DNA of 64,000 bases from an uncultured delta proteobacterium (lineage in GTDB: Bacteria; Myxococcota; Kuafuiibacteriia; Kuafuiibacteriales; Kuafuiibacteriaceae): assembly GCA_963803435.1 (NCBI GenBank), contig CAWDML010000009.1, positions 608,001 through 672,000 on the forward strand. The letters run 5' to 3'. Under the pieces are notes generated by a model that worked only from the letters and a program-made list of their open reading frames with translations, did no database searches and was not told where the DNA came from. This document shows, one piece after another, positions 31,441 to 43,164 of the stretch. Every line of letters starts with the position of its first letter. Position 1 is the first letter of the stretch. The translations under genes and the position numbers were made by a program.

Positions 31441-32558
31441 AGCGCATCCGTCCCGATCTCGCGCAGAACGAAGAGTATTACCGGCGCTTCGTGCTCGAGG
31501 CGCAGGTCGCGTCTCGGCTCGACCATCCGAACCTGGTGCGCTTCCTCGAGTTCGGTCGTGTCGGTCGCTGTCATTACATCGCGATGGATCAGGTGCGCGG
31601 CTTCAGCCTCAAGCGAATGCTCGAGCCGGTGTTCTCGTCCGGTCGCGGTCCCTCGCCCGCGGCCGCCGTCTATCTCGGTGCCGGGATCCTCGATGGTCTG
31701 GCCGCGATGCACTCGGTGAAGGACGAGAAGGGCGAGCCGCGCCCGATGCTCCACCGGGACGTTACGCCCGCCAACATCATCATCGCGCACGACGGCCGTC
31801 CGGTGATCATCGACTTCGGGATCACGAAGGACGTGCTCGGCCCGCAGATCACGCTCCCGGGCCGCGTGATCGGCACAATGCGATACATGGCGCCCGAGCA
31901 CCGCAAGGCCGAGTTCATCGATGCGCGCGCCGACGTGTTCTCGGCGAGCGTGATCCTGTTCGAGCTCCTGGCGGCGCGACCGCCCTGGCCGCCGATCGAG
32001 GGCCTGCGTGAGCTGCTCCGCGTGACCTTCGACGCACCCGAGATCTCCGACGAGATGAAGGCGCGGGTCCCCGACGAGGTCTGGCAGGTGGTGCTGAAGG
32101 GACTCGAGTGCGAGCCAACCCAGCGCTTCCCGGACGCCACCGCGATGAGCCGCGCGCTCAAGGGGTGCGCCACGTTCGCTCGCGCCGAGGCCGAGGGTGC
32201 CGCCGACGTGCGGCGTTGGGCGGCGGAGCAGCATCTCTCCGCGGACGAGGATCTGGAGCACCCGGTGGTGGATCGGGTGGCCGAGGGCGGCGAGGCCGAA
32301 GTGGTGATGTGGACCTCCAACGGGGTCCTCAGCTCGCCCGACGTGCCGGAGCCGGAGCTCATCGAGGATCCCGACGATCTCGACGCCCGGGTCCTGACGA
32401 TCCCGCCGCTCCCACCCCGGCGCGACTCCGTCCTCGACGGCGCCACCACGGAGGATCTCCGGCGCATGGTGGTAGCGGGTAAGCCAGGATGGCTGTGGCC
32501 CGGCATCGGCTTGGGCGTGGCGCTGGTGGCGATGATCTGGCTGCTGTTGCGGATGTGA
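31329..32558 (+). CDS. Ser/Thr protein kinase with C-terminal TM helix
   Basis: LGRGGMAEAF, VLKRI, HRDVTPAN, IDFGITK, GTMRYMAPE; C-terminal WLWPGIGLGVALVAMIWLLL. Confidence 0.92.
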   Translation: MPQFGPFELERLLGRGGMAEAFLGYRKSDPRHHPLVLKRIRPDLAQNEEYYRRFVLEAQVASRLDHPNLVRFLEFGRVGRCHYIAMDQVRGFSLKRMLEPVFSSGRGPSPAAAVYLGAGILDGLAAMHSVKDEKGEPRPMLHRDVTPANIIIAHDGRPVIIDFGITKDVLGPQITLPGRVIGTMRYMAPEHRKAEFIDARADVFSASVILFELLAARPPWPPIEGLRELLRVTFDAPEISDEMKARVPDEVWQVVLKGLECEPTQRFPDATAMSRALKGCATFARAEAEGAADVRRWAAEQHLSADEDLEHPVVDRVAEGGEAEVVMWTSNGVLSSPDVPEPELIEDPDDLDARVLTIPPLPPRRDSVLDGATTEDLRRMVVAGKPGWLWPGIGLGVALVAMIWLLLRM

Positions 32559-32595
32559 GCGGCGAACCGGGTTCAGGTAAGATCGCCCCGGACTG

Positions 32596-34749
32596 TTGAC
32601 CGAGAAAAGGCAATCTTTCTCCGTCGATATCACGGGCCTGCTCGAGGCGCTGACCGAGCAGTTCCCGGAGCCGCTCCTCTGTGTCCGCGAGCTGGTGCAA
32701 AACGCCGCCGATGCGGGGGCGCAGCGCATCGAGGTCGACGTCGCCTACGACGGCCTCCGCAACCTCCTGCGCCTCTCCGTCCGCGACGACGGCCGCGGCA
32801 TGAACGAGAAGGAGGTCGAGGGCTACCTCACCATCGGCTTCTCCGAGAAGGATCCGAAGGCCGATCGCGGTCGCTTCGGCGTCGGCAAGCTCTCGCCCTA
32901 CGCCCTGGGCATCGTCCGCATGGTGGTCGAGACCTCGGGCGGCGCGATCACTCACCGCATCATCTTCAACCGCGACGGCAGCGGCACCATCACGCGGCAC
33001 GATGCGCGGCCGCGTGGTACCACGGTCCGCGTCTACAAGGAGTGCGGACGCGATGAGGCCGAGAGCCTGGCCGAGCGTACGTTCGAGCTGGTGCAGGGGA
33101 CCTGCGGGTCCATCCCGATCCCGCTGTTCGTCAACGGCACCCCGGTCAACCGAGACGTCGCGCTGCCGACGATCTACTCGCTCCCGTTCGAGACGGGGAT
33201 GGGCAAGGGCGTGCTCGGGATCGTGTCCGATCCGGTCCACGTGCTGATGGGCGGCGGCATCGTGCTCGAGAACGACGCCCCCATCCTGGGACCCGAGGTC
33301 TCGTACATCCTCGACTCGCCACGCCTCGCGCCGACGCTCTCGCGTAACGCTGTGCGCCGCGACCAAGCCTTCGACGAGATGCTCCGCGCCGCCCGCGCCA
33401 AGCTCCCCGACTTCACGGCGCACGTGGCGCGGCAGCTCCGCGTGCGCACCGATCGGCTCCGGCAGGAGGGCGTACCGGTCGAGCGGGGGCTCGACTCCAA
33501 CGATCGCGCGGCGCTCGAGTGGCTCCGCTCGCTGCTGCTCGAGGAGGAGGAGGCGCCCGATCCCGTGGTGCGGGACGCGCCCGTGCTCGAGACGGCCGAC
33601 GGCGGCCTGGTCTCGTGCAACGAGCTGATCGAGGTCCTGCGCCGCGAGACGCGCGTGCCGATCTCCCGAGTGCCGCGCACGCGCGACGAGATCAGCGCCT
33701 ACGCCGATCGCGGCGTGATGGTGCTCTTGCTCTATCGCGACCTCGAGGACTTCCTCGAGCGGCAAGGGATCGAGCAGGTCGAGGTCGACGGCCTCGACGA
33801 CGGGCTGGAGATCGCGGAGTACCACTGGGGACGCGGCGAGGCGGCCCTGGCGGCGCGTCCCTCGGTCCTCCGGCCGGCCTATCTGCGTCCGCTCACCTTC
33901 GCCGCGGCCACTGCCTTCGCGGTGGCCCTCGCGATGGTCGCGATCCAGCTCCGCCCGAGCGCGCCCCCGAACGCGCCGCCCTCCGCCGTCGCGCGGGCGC
34001 CCGAACCGGCGAAAGAGGTCGCGGCCGGACCCGCCGCCGATCCTGCGCCGCCCGTCGTGGTTGCGCCGCCATCCGAGCGCACCGCCGATCTGGTGCACGT
34101 TCCTCGGCACCCGGGTCCCAAGAACAAGCTGCTGGTGATGCTGGCCGCGATCGTCGCCGCGCTCTCGGCGGCCGCCGGATGCGCGATGATCTACTTCACC
34201 TTCGCCGCCCGAAAGCGGGCCACCGCCAGCTGGCTCCGCGCGGAGGCCGGCGCGCCGCTGACGGTGGGCGAGAGCCGCAAGCGTCGCTTCAACGTCTGGA
34301 GCCGGGCGCTGCTCCACCCGATCGACTTCTTCGTGGCCCGCGGCTGGTCGGTGCGCGCCTCCGGTCCCAAGCCGCTCGCGGCGTCCGCCTCGATCAAGGG
34401 CTATCGCGAGCTGGCGCCGGAGACGCCGATCCGCTCGGGCGTCAGGCTCGATCTCGATCGCGTGAAGATCGGCTTCGTCGATCTGGTGTCGCAGAGCGGT
34501 GATCCCCATGACGGCCGGACCTTGATCCGGCGTCAGGACCGGGTGCTGCTCAACCGCAACCACCCGACCGTCCGCGATCTCATCACGATCGCGGAGCTCG
34601 ACGAGCGCCGCGCGCGGTTGTTGCTCGACGTGCTCTTGGCGACGGACGCGGAGCTGTCGAAGGGCACCGATCCGCGGCAGGTCGAGTGGGATCTCCTGGG
34701 ACGCGCCGAAGGCTCGCTCCGCTCGGGCCGCAGGAAGAGGCCGGTGTGA
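32596..34749 (+). CDS. Hsp90/HtpG-like GHKL ATPase with two internal TM helices
   Basis: RELVQNAADA, DDGRGM, GRFGVG, GTTV; middle-domain PTLSRNAV; C-terminal LLNRNHPTV; two hydrophobic helices flanking a Pro/Ala loop. Confidence 0.8.
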   Translation: MTEKRQSFSVDITGLLEALTEQFPEPLLCVRELVQNAADAGAQRIEVDVAYDGLRNLLRLSVRDDGRGMNEKEVEGYLTIGFSEKDPKADRGRFGVGKLSPYALGIVRMVVETSGGAITHRIIFNRDGSGTITRHDARPRGTTVRVYKECGRDEAESLAERTFELVQGTCGSIPIPLFVNGTPVNRDVALPTIYSLPFETGMGKGVLGIVSDPVHVLMGGGIVLENDAPILGPEVSYILDSPRLAPTLSRNAVRRDQAFDEMLRAARAKLPDFTAHVARQLRVRTDRLRQEGVPVERGLDSNDRAALEWLRSLLLEEEEAPDPVVRDAPVLETADGGLVSCNELIEVLRRETRVPISRVPRTRDEISAYADRGVMVLLLYRDLEDFLERQGIEQVEVDGLDDGLEIAEYHWGRGEAALAARPSVLRPAYLRPLTFAAATAFAVALAMVAIQLRPSAPPNAPPSAVARAPEPAKEVAAGPAADPAPPVVVAPPSERTADLVHVPRHPGPKNKLLVMLAAIVAALSAAAGCAMIYFTFAARKRATASWLRAEAGAPLTVGESRKRRFNVWSRALLHPIDFFVARGWSVRASGPKPLAASASIKGYRELAPETPIRSGVRLDLDRVKIGFVDLVSQSGDPHDGRTLIRRQDRVLLNRNHPTVRDLITIAELDERRARLLLDVLLATDAELSKGTDPRQVEWDLLGRAEGSLRSGRRKRPV

Positions 34750-36765
34750 GCGGCTCGGACCCGAGCGAACCGGACGAGCCGACGCCGGACGAGTTGGCGA
34801 CGACCGCCGACCAGACCGAGCCCGAGGTGGAGCCGCCGCCTTCGACCCTGGTGTTCCCCAGACCGCACGACCCCCGATCTCCGGAGGATCTCCCGAGCGA
34901 TCTGTTCGAGCGGATCGACGTTTCGAGCGCGCGGGTGGCCACGGCGCATCCGAGCGGGTCGACGCAGATCGAGCCCAAGCGCCGTCCCCTCTATCGCGCC
35001 GACCCGGACCGCGTGCTGCGCGTGCTCTCGGCGAACCAGTTCGAAGACCCGTTCCTGGCGTTCCGCGAGCTCTACGCGAACGCGCTCGACGCGGTGCGTG
35101 GCAAGAAGAGCCCGTTCATCGATCTGCGCGTCGCCTCCGACCGGGTCGTGGTCGAGGACAACGGCACCGGCCTCGACGACGGCGGCCTGGAGGCCCTCAC
35201 CACCCTCGGGATGTCGACGCGCCGGGGGCAGGACGCGATCGGACGCTTCGGGATCGGCTTTGCCTCCATCTTCGATCCGCAGCTCGGGATCGGACGCGTC
35301 GAGTTTCAGGCGGCGCGGTACGGTCAGGACGAAGGCGTCCGGATCCGCTTCAACCCCGACGTCAGCGGCGGCGTATCGATCCAGGTCGACAGCGCGCCCA
35401 GGCCCAAGAACGGCGGGAGCCGCGTGGAGATCTACTTCGATCCGGCGCGCGCGCCCGAAGATCGCGTCGCGCGCGTGATCGCCGTGTTCGAGACCCACGC
35501 CGCCTATTCGGGTGTCGAGACCGAGCTCAACAGCCGGCTGCTGGGGAGGGATCTCGCCGACTACATCAAGACCGAGATCAAGGATGGCGAGTGGAGCAAC
35601 GTCGAGCGGTCGTTGATCGCGGCCACCGCGGTGCGGGGCCCGGTCGGCGTGGCCGCGATCGATCCATCGCGCTCCGAGTCGAAGTTCCGCGCCTATCAGC
35701 GCGGCCTCTACGTCTGCGAGATCCCGCTCAACCGCGTCCAGGGCAAGCCGTGGCCCCGGGGCGTCTTCGGCGCCGTCCACGCGGAGGGTCTCGACCTGGT
35801 GGCGAGCCGCAACGCCTTCGTGGAGAACGAGCTGTTCGAGCGCTTCCAGGAGGAGCTACGGCGGCTCGCCTACGAGGCCGCCTATCGCGTGGTCCGCTAC
35901 TACGAGCAGATCAACGACGCGTACGCGCGCATCGTGCTGCTCGACGCCATCCGCCGAGGGCTGAGGAGCACCACGCCCGAGGGCATGCTCGCAGAATCGG
36001 ACGATCTGTTCAGCAAGGCGGTGGTGCGCTCGCCGCTGTTTCGGGCCTGGGGCACCAGGAAGACGTACTCGTTCGAGGAGCTGGTCGCGTTCAAGCAGCA
36101 GGACAAGTTCCGGGCGTTGGCGTACCGGCCGGCCTGGCGCGATCGCGAGGACGGTCCGATCATGCGCGCCGACGACTCGATCGAGCGCGACATCTTCCGC
36201 AAGCTCTCCGGTCTTCGCGACATGCCCGCGGCCGCGCGCGCCGAGGAGATTGCGCGGCCGTCGCTCCTGTCGCGGCTGCGCGACAAGCTCATGTCGGGAC
36301 CGCGCGCGGAGTACTCGCTGTTTCAGCGACCGGTCGACGTCCACCGCGTCGACGCGGGGACGCGCCGGATTGTCGAGGCGCTCCAGGAGTTTCTCGGTCG
36401 ACGAAGAGGTGAGCGAGGCGCTGGCCCGCTTGCTGCCCGGCCCGCTGCCGACGCTCAGCTTCGGCGTGTCGCGGAACGCGTTCGGACCGGTGGCCGCCTA
36501 TCGCATGGGTGAGATCCGCTTCAACGTGGCGCATCGTGCGGTGCGCCGGCTGTCCAAGCAGTCGAACCCAGAGCTTGGCGCACGCGCGCTGTTGCCGGTG
36601 CTCGCGCACGAGCTCGCGCACATGTGCCACGAGCTCCACGATCTCGATTTCTATCGGACCAGCCGGGCGATCCTCCGCGCGCTGGCCACCGCCGCCGCCA
36701 AGGTCGATGCCCGGAGCCTCGAGCTCGAGACCATGGGTGTCCGACTCGCGCCCGAGCCGAGCTGA
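34746..36765 (+). CDS. Second Hsp90/HtpG-like GHKL ATPase with C-terminal HELAH zincin motif; one frameshift near 36397
   Basis: RELYANALDA, EDNGTGL, IGRFGIGF, DLVASRNAF; downstream frame gives IRFNVAHRAV...AHELAHMCHELHDLDFY; GTGA overlap with the upstream ATPase. Confidence 0.75.
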
Positions 36766-38465
36766 TGATCGACGAGACCGCGTCCGAGCCCGTGAAGCGC
36801 CGGTTGCGGGAAGCGATGGGCCTGCCGCCCGACGGCGACGGGGCTCTCCCGACCGTTCCCCTCCGCTTCGTGGGTCCGGGCCGGACGCGGGCGCTTGCCG
36901 GCCGGGGTCGGATCACGCTTGAGGACGGCGCGGTGCGTTCGGTCGAGGGTGCGCTGCCGGACGATCTGCCGATTGGTTATCACCGGCTCGAGATGGACGG
37001 CGGGGGTGAGCCGATCCGCCTCTTCGTCACCCCCCGCGCCTGCGTGCTCCCGGCGCGCCGGCTGTCGGGCCTGGCGGCGCAGCTCTACGCGGCCCGCTCC
37101 CGGCGGTCCTGGGGATCGGCGATTCTCGGCGACCTTTCGCGGCTGTTCGAGGTGATGGGGCGGACGCTGGGCATGGACACCGTGCTCGCGAACCCGCTCT
37201 GCGCGGTGCCGCCGATCCACCCGCAGGAGTCGAGCCCCTACTCCCCGTCGAGTCGACGCTACCTCAACCCGCTCTACCTCTCCATCACCGACGTGCCGGG
37301 CGCGCGCGAGGTCCTCGACCTGGAGGCGCTCTCGGCGAAGGGTCGCGCGCTGTCGGAGGCGCGGATGATTGATCGCGACGCCGTCTACTCGCTGAAGATG
37401 TCGGCGCTCGAGGAGGTCTGGCGCACGCGCCCGCGGGCGGTCGAGCCCGACGCCTCGCTGGTGCGCTTCGCCGTCTACTCGACGCTGGCCGAGCAGCTCG
37501 GCCCCGACTGGCGGCGCTGGCCGGAGGGCCTCCGCCGGATGGACACCGGCGCGGTCGACCGGGTTCGCGCCGAGCAGCCCGGGCGGGTCGACTTCTTCGC
37601 CTGGCTGCAGGTCGAGCTCGATCGACAGCTCGGGGCGGCCGCCCGGGCCGGCACGCTGATCCTCGATCTCCCGATCGGCTTTCGGAGCGACGGCGCCGAC
37701 GCGTGGGAGTGGCAGGACCTCCTCGCGAGCGGAGCGTCGATCGGCGCCCCGCCGGATGCCTTCAACGAGGAGGGCCAGGACTGGGGCCTGCCGCCCTTCG
37801 TCCCGCACCAGCTCCGGGCCGCGTTCTACCAGCCTTTCATCCAGACGCTGCGGGCCGCCTTCGCGCATGCCGGCGGGCTCCGGATCGATCACGTGATGGG
37901 TCTGTTCAGGCTCTACTGGGTCCCGCACGGCGCGGACGCGCGAAGCGGCGCCTACGTCCGGTTCCAGGCCGACGAGATGCTCGACATCCTCGCGATCGAG
38001 AGCCACCGCGCGGGGGCCTTCGTGATCGGCGAGGACCTCGGGACGGTCGAGCCCGGCGTCCGCGAGGTACTCCACGATCGCAACGTGTTGTCGTGCCGCC
38101 TCCTCTGGTTCGAGCCGGAGGCGCCGGAGCGATGGCCGGTGCGAGCGCTGGCCTCGATCACCACGCACGATCTTCCCACTATCGCCGGGATCTGGACCGG
38201 CGCCGATCCGGTCCCCGAGCTTCGGGATCGGCTGCGCGACTGGGGCGGGATTCCGGACGACGCTCCGGTGGAGCGCGCGGTCGAAGCTGCCGCCGATCTA
38301 TTGAAACGAAGCCCATCGCTCGTGGTGATGATGCAGCTCGAGGACGCCTTCTTGGTGTCCGAACGACCGAACGTCCCCGGGACGATCGATCGCCCGAATT
38401 GGTGCTTGGCCTTGCCGGAGCCGATCGAAGCGTTGGGTGACGGAAACCCCTTGCAGTCCGGGTGA
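36765..38465 (+). CDS. malQ: 4-alpha-glucanotransferase (amylomaltase, GH77)
   Basis: SPYSPSSRRYLNPLY, DLPIG, GAPPDAF..GQDWGLPP, RIDHVMGL, IGEDLG, TTHDLPT, NVPGT; ATG overlaps upstream TGA. Confidence 0.92.
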   Translation: MIDETASEPVKRRLREAMGLPPDGDGALPTVPLRFVGPGRTRALAGRGRITLEDGAVRSVEGALPDDLPIGYHRLEMDGGGEPIRLFVTPRACVLPARRLSGLAAQLYAARSRRSWGSAILGDLSRLFEVMGRTLGMDTVLANPLCAVPPIHPQESSPYSPSSRRYLNPLYLSITDVPGAREVLDLEALSAKGRALSEARMIDRDAVYSLKMSALEEVWRTRPRAVEPDASLVRFAVYSTLAEQLGPDWRRWPEGLRRMDTGAVDRVRAEQPGRVDFFAWLQVELDRQLGAAARAGTLILDLPIGFRSDGADAWEWQDLLASGASIGAPPDAFNEEGQDWGLPPFVPHQLRAAFYQPFIQTLRAAFAHAGGLRIDHVMGLFRLYWVPHGADARSGAYVRFQADEMLDILAIESHRAGAFVIGEDLGTVEPGVREVLHDRNVLSCRLLWFEPEAPERWPVRALASITTHDLPTIAGIWTGADPVPELRDRLRDWGGIPDDAPVERAVEAAADLLKRSPSLVVMMQLEDAFLVSERPNVPGTIDRPNWCLALPEPIEALGDGNPLQSG

Positions 38466-38487
38466 TTTGAGGCGAGGGTGCCGGCCG

Positions 38488-40125
38488 ATGGCCACCGTGA
38501 CAATCGACGGGAAGGCGATCGAGTTCCAGCCCGGGACGACCATCATCCGGGCCGCGCTCGATCACGGGATCGACATCCCATACTACTGTTGGCACCCGCA
38601 GGCTCTCGATCGCGGCGAACTGCCGGATGTGCCTGGTCGAGGTGGAGAAGGCGCCCAAGCTGCTGCCGGCCTGCGAGGTCCAATGCCGCGACGGAATGGT
38701 GGTCGCACACGCGGTCCCAGAAGGCCCTCGAGTCGCGCTCGGCCGTCATGGAGTTCCTCCTGATCAACCACCCGATCGACTGCCCGATCTGCGATCAGGC
38801 CGGCGAGTGCAAGCTGCAGGACTACTACATGAAGCACGATCGGAGCGGCACGCGCTTCGACGAGATCAAGGTCCCGAAGAAGAAGGCCGTCCCGCTCGGG
38901 CCCGACCGTCATTCTCGACGAGGAGAGGTGCATCAACTGCACGCGCTGCGTCCGCTTCATGGACGAGGTCGCGCACAACCCTCTGCTCGGACAGTTCGAG
39001 CGCGGTGATCGCGCCGTGATCGGGACCTTCCCGGGCAAGCCCCTCGAGGATCCGTACTCGGCCAACGTGGTGGACATCTGCCCGGTGGGTGCGCTGACCA
39101 GTCGTGACTTCCGCTTCAAGGTGCGGAGCTGGTTCCTCAAGTCGACCAACAGCGTCTGCCCCGGCTGCGCCCGCGGCTGCAACACGATCGTCGACCACTA
39201 CAACAACGAGATCCAGCGGATGCGGGCCCGCGACAACGACCAGGTCAACCAGGGTTGGCTCTGCGACGCCGGCCGCGCCACCTACAAAGACGTGCACGAT
39301 CCCGAGCGGCAGGTCTCGGTGCCGCACCTCAGGAACGCCGACGGCGTGCTCGCTCCGATCTCCTGGGACGAGGCGCGTCTCCGCTTGGCCGAGATCCTCT
39401 CCTCGTACGTCGGCGAGACCGACGGCACGCTGGGGCTGACCCTCTCTGCGGGCCTCACCACCGAGGGCGTCACGGCGTTCGTGGAGCTGGCGGAGCAGGT
39501 CCTCCAGGTGGACACGTATGCGATCCTGGGCCGCCCCGACTGGGAGGGCGACAACTTCCTGCGCGTCCCCGATCGCAACCCGAACCGGGCGGGTGCCGAG
39601 CTCGTGCTCGAGGCGTACTCGATCTTCGACGAGGGCGCCGAGCTGCTCCGCCGCGGCCTGGAGAACAAGAGCGTGCGAACGCTGCTGATGGTCGGCGCCG
39701 ACGCCCTCGAGCCTGACGAGGCCTGGTTGAAGGCGCTCTCGGGCGCGACCGTCGTCGCCTTCACCTCCAGCTGGAGCGAAGCCGCGCGCAACGCTGCGCT
39801 GGTCCTTCCGCTCGCCAGCTATGCGGAGCAGGACGGCACCTTCGTGAACGTGCAGGGGCGCATGCAGCGCGTGAACAAGGCGCTCGACCCCATCGAGGGG
39901 CGCAAGACCGAGATCGACGCGGCGGCCTTCGTCGCGGAGTCGCTGGGCGCGCGCGCGTGGAAGATCCGGAGCTGGGTCGGTGCCTTCAACGAGCTCAAGA
40001 AGCACACGGACCTCCTGAAGAACGTGAAGCCGCTCGAGCTCGGTCCGTGGGGGATCGTGCTCGAATCGGAAGAGCTGAAGCCGCGGCCCGCCGCCGAGGC
40101 CGAGGCCGCGCGCGCCGGAGCGTGA
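38488..40125 (+). CDS. nuoG: NADH-quinone oxidoreductase subunit G-like Fe-S protein; frameshifted near 38600, 38710 and 38900
   Basis: IPYYCWHP, CRMCLVEVE, NHPIDCPICDQAGECKLQ, DICPVGALT, SVCPGCARGCN, WLCDAGR, YAEQDGTFVN. Confidence 0.85.
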
Positions 40126-40134
40126 GGAGAGGCC

Positions 40135-41226
<1,092 letters not shown>

Positions 41227-41234
41227 GGTAGCCG

Positions 41235-41873
41235 ATGTCAGAGCCGACGAACAAACCTCCGCGCATCGGGATCAAGCGGGTCTCCCGCGAGGTCAACACG
41301 ACGGACCGCATGTTCGTCCCAGGCATCGCCGCCGGCCTGGGCGCGACCGTGAAGCACTTCGTCAAGAACGTCTTCGGGACGAAGAAGGTAAAGTACACGC
41401 AGACGATCCAGTACCCCGACGTGAAGGTGGAGTATCCGCACCGCTTTCGCGGGATGCATCGCCTGGTCCCGCGCGAGGACGGCGGACCGCGCTGCGTCGC
41501 CTGCTTCATGTGTCAGACGGCCTGTCCTGCGCGCTGCATCCACATCGTGGCGGGCGAGACCGACGACACTCGGATCGAGAAGTATCCGGTCATCTTCGAG
41601 ATCGATGAGCTCCGCTGCGTGGTGTGTGGTCTCTGCGTCGAGGCGTGCCCGTGTGACGCCATCCGGATGGACACCGGCTTCCATCCCAAGCCGGTTTACA
41701 GCCGCGAGGACGCCGACTTCGGTAAGGCGGATCTGCTGGGCATCCTGGGTCGCGAGGAGAAGGGTCGCGCCGAGCGCAGCCAGGCCAAGCCGCCACCCAC
41801 GGCGGCCGGGACCGGTCGCGTCGATCGCGCCCACGGCGATCGCGGCGCGGGCGGCTCGAGCGGTGGCTACTGA
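41235..41873 (+). CDS. nuoI: NADH-quinone oxidoreductase subunit I
   Basis: TIQYP, RFRGMH, two CxxCxxCxxxCP ferredoxin motifs. Confidence 0.93.
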   Translation: MSEPTNKPPRIGIKRVSREVNTTDRMFVPGIAAGLGATVKHFVKNVFGTKKVKYTQTIQYPDVKVEYPHRFRGMHRLVPREDGGPRCVACFMCQTACPARCIHIVAGETDDTRIEKYPVIFEIDELRCVVCGLCVEACPCDAIRMDTGFHPKPVYSREDADFGKADLLGILGREEKGRAERSQAKPPPTAAGTGRVDRAHGDRGAGGSSGGY

Positions 41874-42291
41874 CGAGCTCCGGCTCTCGGGGAGCCTCGC
41901 GATCCCGGCGTCCGAGCTCGCGGTCGAGTATGCGCGCTCGGGCGGGCCCGGCGGGCAGCACGTCAACAAGACCGAGACCAAGGTGACGCTGCGGCTCGAC
42001 GTGCCCGCGTCCTCGCTCCCCGATCATGTGAAGGCCAAGCTGATGGTGCGGCTGGCGCCGCGGCTCACCAAGAACGGCGAGCTCCTCGTCTCCTGCGACG
42101 AGCACCGCGAGCGGCCGCGCAACCTCGAGAAGGCGCGCGAGCGGTTGATCGAGATCCTGAAGCAGGCGCTGGTCGAGCCGAAGAAGCGCAAGCCGACCAA
42201 GCCGAGCCGCGGCGCCAAGGCCCGCCGTCTGTCCGAGAAGAAGCGCACCTCCGAGAAGAAGCAGACCCGCGGGCGGGTTCGAGACGACTAG
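41863..42291 (+). CDS. arfB: Alternative ribosome rescue peptidyl-tRNA hydrolase ArfB
   Basis: RSGGPGGQHVNKTETKV; basic tail RKPTKPSRGAKARRLSEKK; GTG 41863 preferred start. Confidence 0.92.
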   Translation: MATDELRLSGSLAIPASELAVEYARSGGPGGQHVNKTETKVTLRLDVPASSLPDHVKAKLMVRLAPRLTKNGELLVSCDEHRERPRNLEKARERLIEILKQALVEPKKRKPTKPSRGAKARRLSEKKRTSEKKQTRGRVRDD

Positions 42292-42297
42292 GCCCCG

Positions 42298-43143
42298 ATG
42301 TCCTCCCCTGCCGACTACGAGATCCGGGTCTTGGGCGCGCCGCGCACGCCGGTCCGGGACTTCTACTTCGCGCTCCGGCGACTCAACTGGCCGCTGACCG
42401 TCGCGGTCATCGCCGGCGGCTACCTGGTCCTCAACGCGCTCTTCGCGTTCGCATACCTGGCCGTGGGCGGGATCGAGCCGGCCGCGCGCTCGGGCTCGTG
42501 GAGCGCCGCCTTCTTCTTCAGCGTGCAGACCATGGGGACGATCGGCTACGGGGCGATGTGGCCCTCCACCTCCACGGCCAACGTGCTGGTGGTGGTGGAG
42601 TCCGTGGTGTCGCTGGTGTTCACGGCGCTCTCGACCGGCCTGGTCTTCGCCAAGTTCTCGCTGCCGTCCGCGCGGCTGATGTTCTCTCGCGAGGCCACGA
42701 TCTCGAAGATGGACGGCGCGCCCACGCTGGCGTTCCGGGTGGGCAACCTGCGGAGCAACCGGATCGTCGAAGCGGCGGTGCGGGTCGCGATGGTCCGGAC
42801 CGAGCGAACAGCGGAGGGCAAGACCTTCTATCGCATGCTCGACCTACCGCTGGTCAGGGAACGGATCCTCTCCCTGTCGCGGTCGTGGAGCGTCCTGCAC
42901 GTGATCGACGAACGGAGCCCTCTGTTCGGCGAGACTGCCCGCTCGCTCGAGGAGAAGGAGGCGGAGGTCCTGATCTCGATCGTGGGGATCGACGATCTCT
43001 GGATGCAGAACGTCCATGCCACGCATCGATACCTCCACACCGAGATCGCGTGGGGCATGCGCCATACCGACATTCTGTCGGACGACGGTAAGGCATTGAT
43101 CCTCGATCTCCGTCGCTTCCATGATCTGGAGCCAGCCGACTGA
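42298..43143 (+). CDS. Inward rectifier potassium channel (KirBac)
   Basis: AFFFSVQTMGTIGYG selectivity filter, TGLVFAKFS, HVIDERSPL, DLRRFHD. Confidence 0.92.
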   Translation: MSSPADYEIRVLGAPRTPVRDFYFALRRLNWPLTVAVIAGGYLVLNALFAFAYLAVGGIEPAARSGSWSAAFFFSVQTMGTIGYGAMWPSTSTANVLVVVESVVSLVFTALSTGLVFAKFSLPSARLMFSREATISKMDGAPTLAFRVGNLRSNRIVEAAVRVAMVRTERTAEGKTFYRMLDLPLVRERILSLSRSWSVLHVIDERSPLFGETARSLEEKEAEVLISIVGIDDLWMQNVHATHRYLHTEIAWGMRHTDILSDDGKALILDLRRFHDLEPAD

Positions 43144-43164
43144 CGGCCATGGTATGGGTTCGGC

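Noticed and set aside
38488-39000. Programmed frameshifting in nuoG (also the halogenase-like gene and the second GHKL gene)
   Set aside because: Several scattered single-base shifts with no slippery heptamer or stimulatory structure, in a conserved respiratory gene; sequencing indels are more likely.
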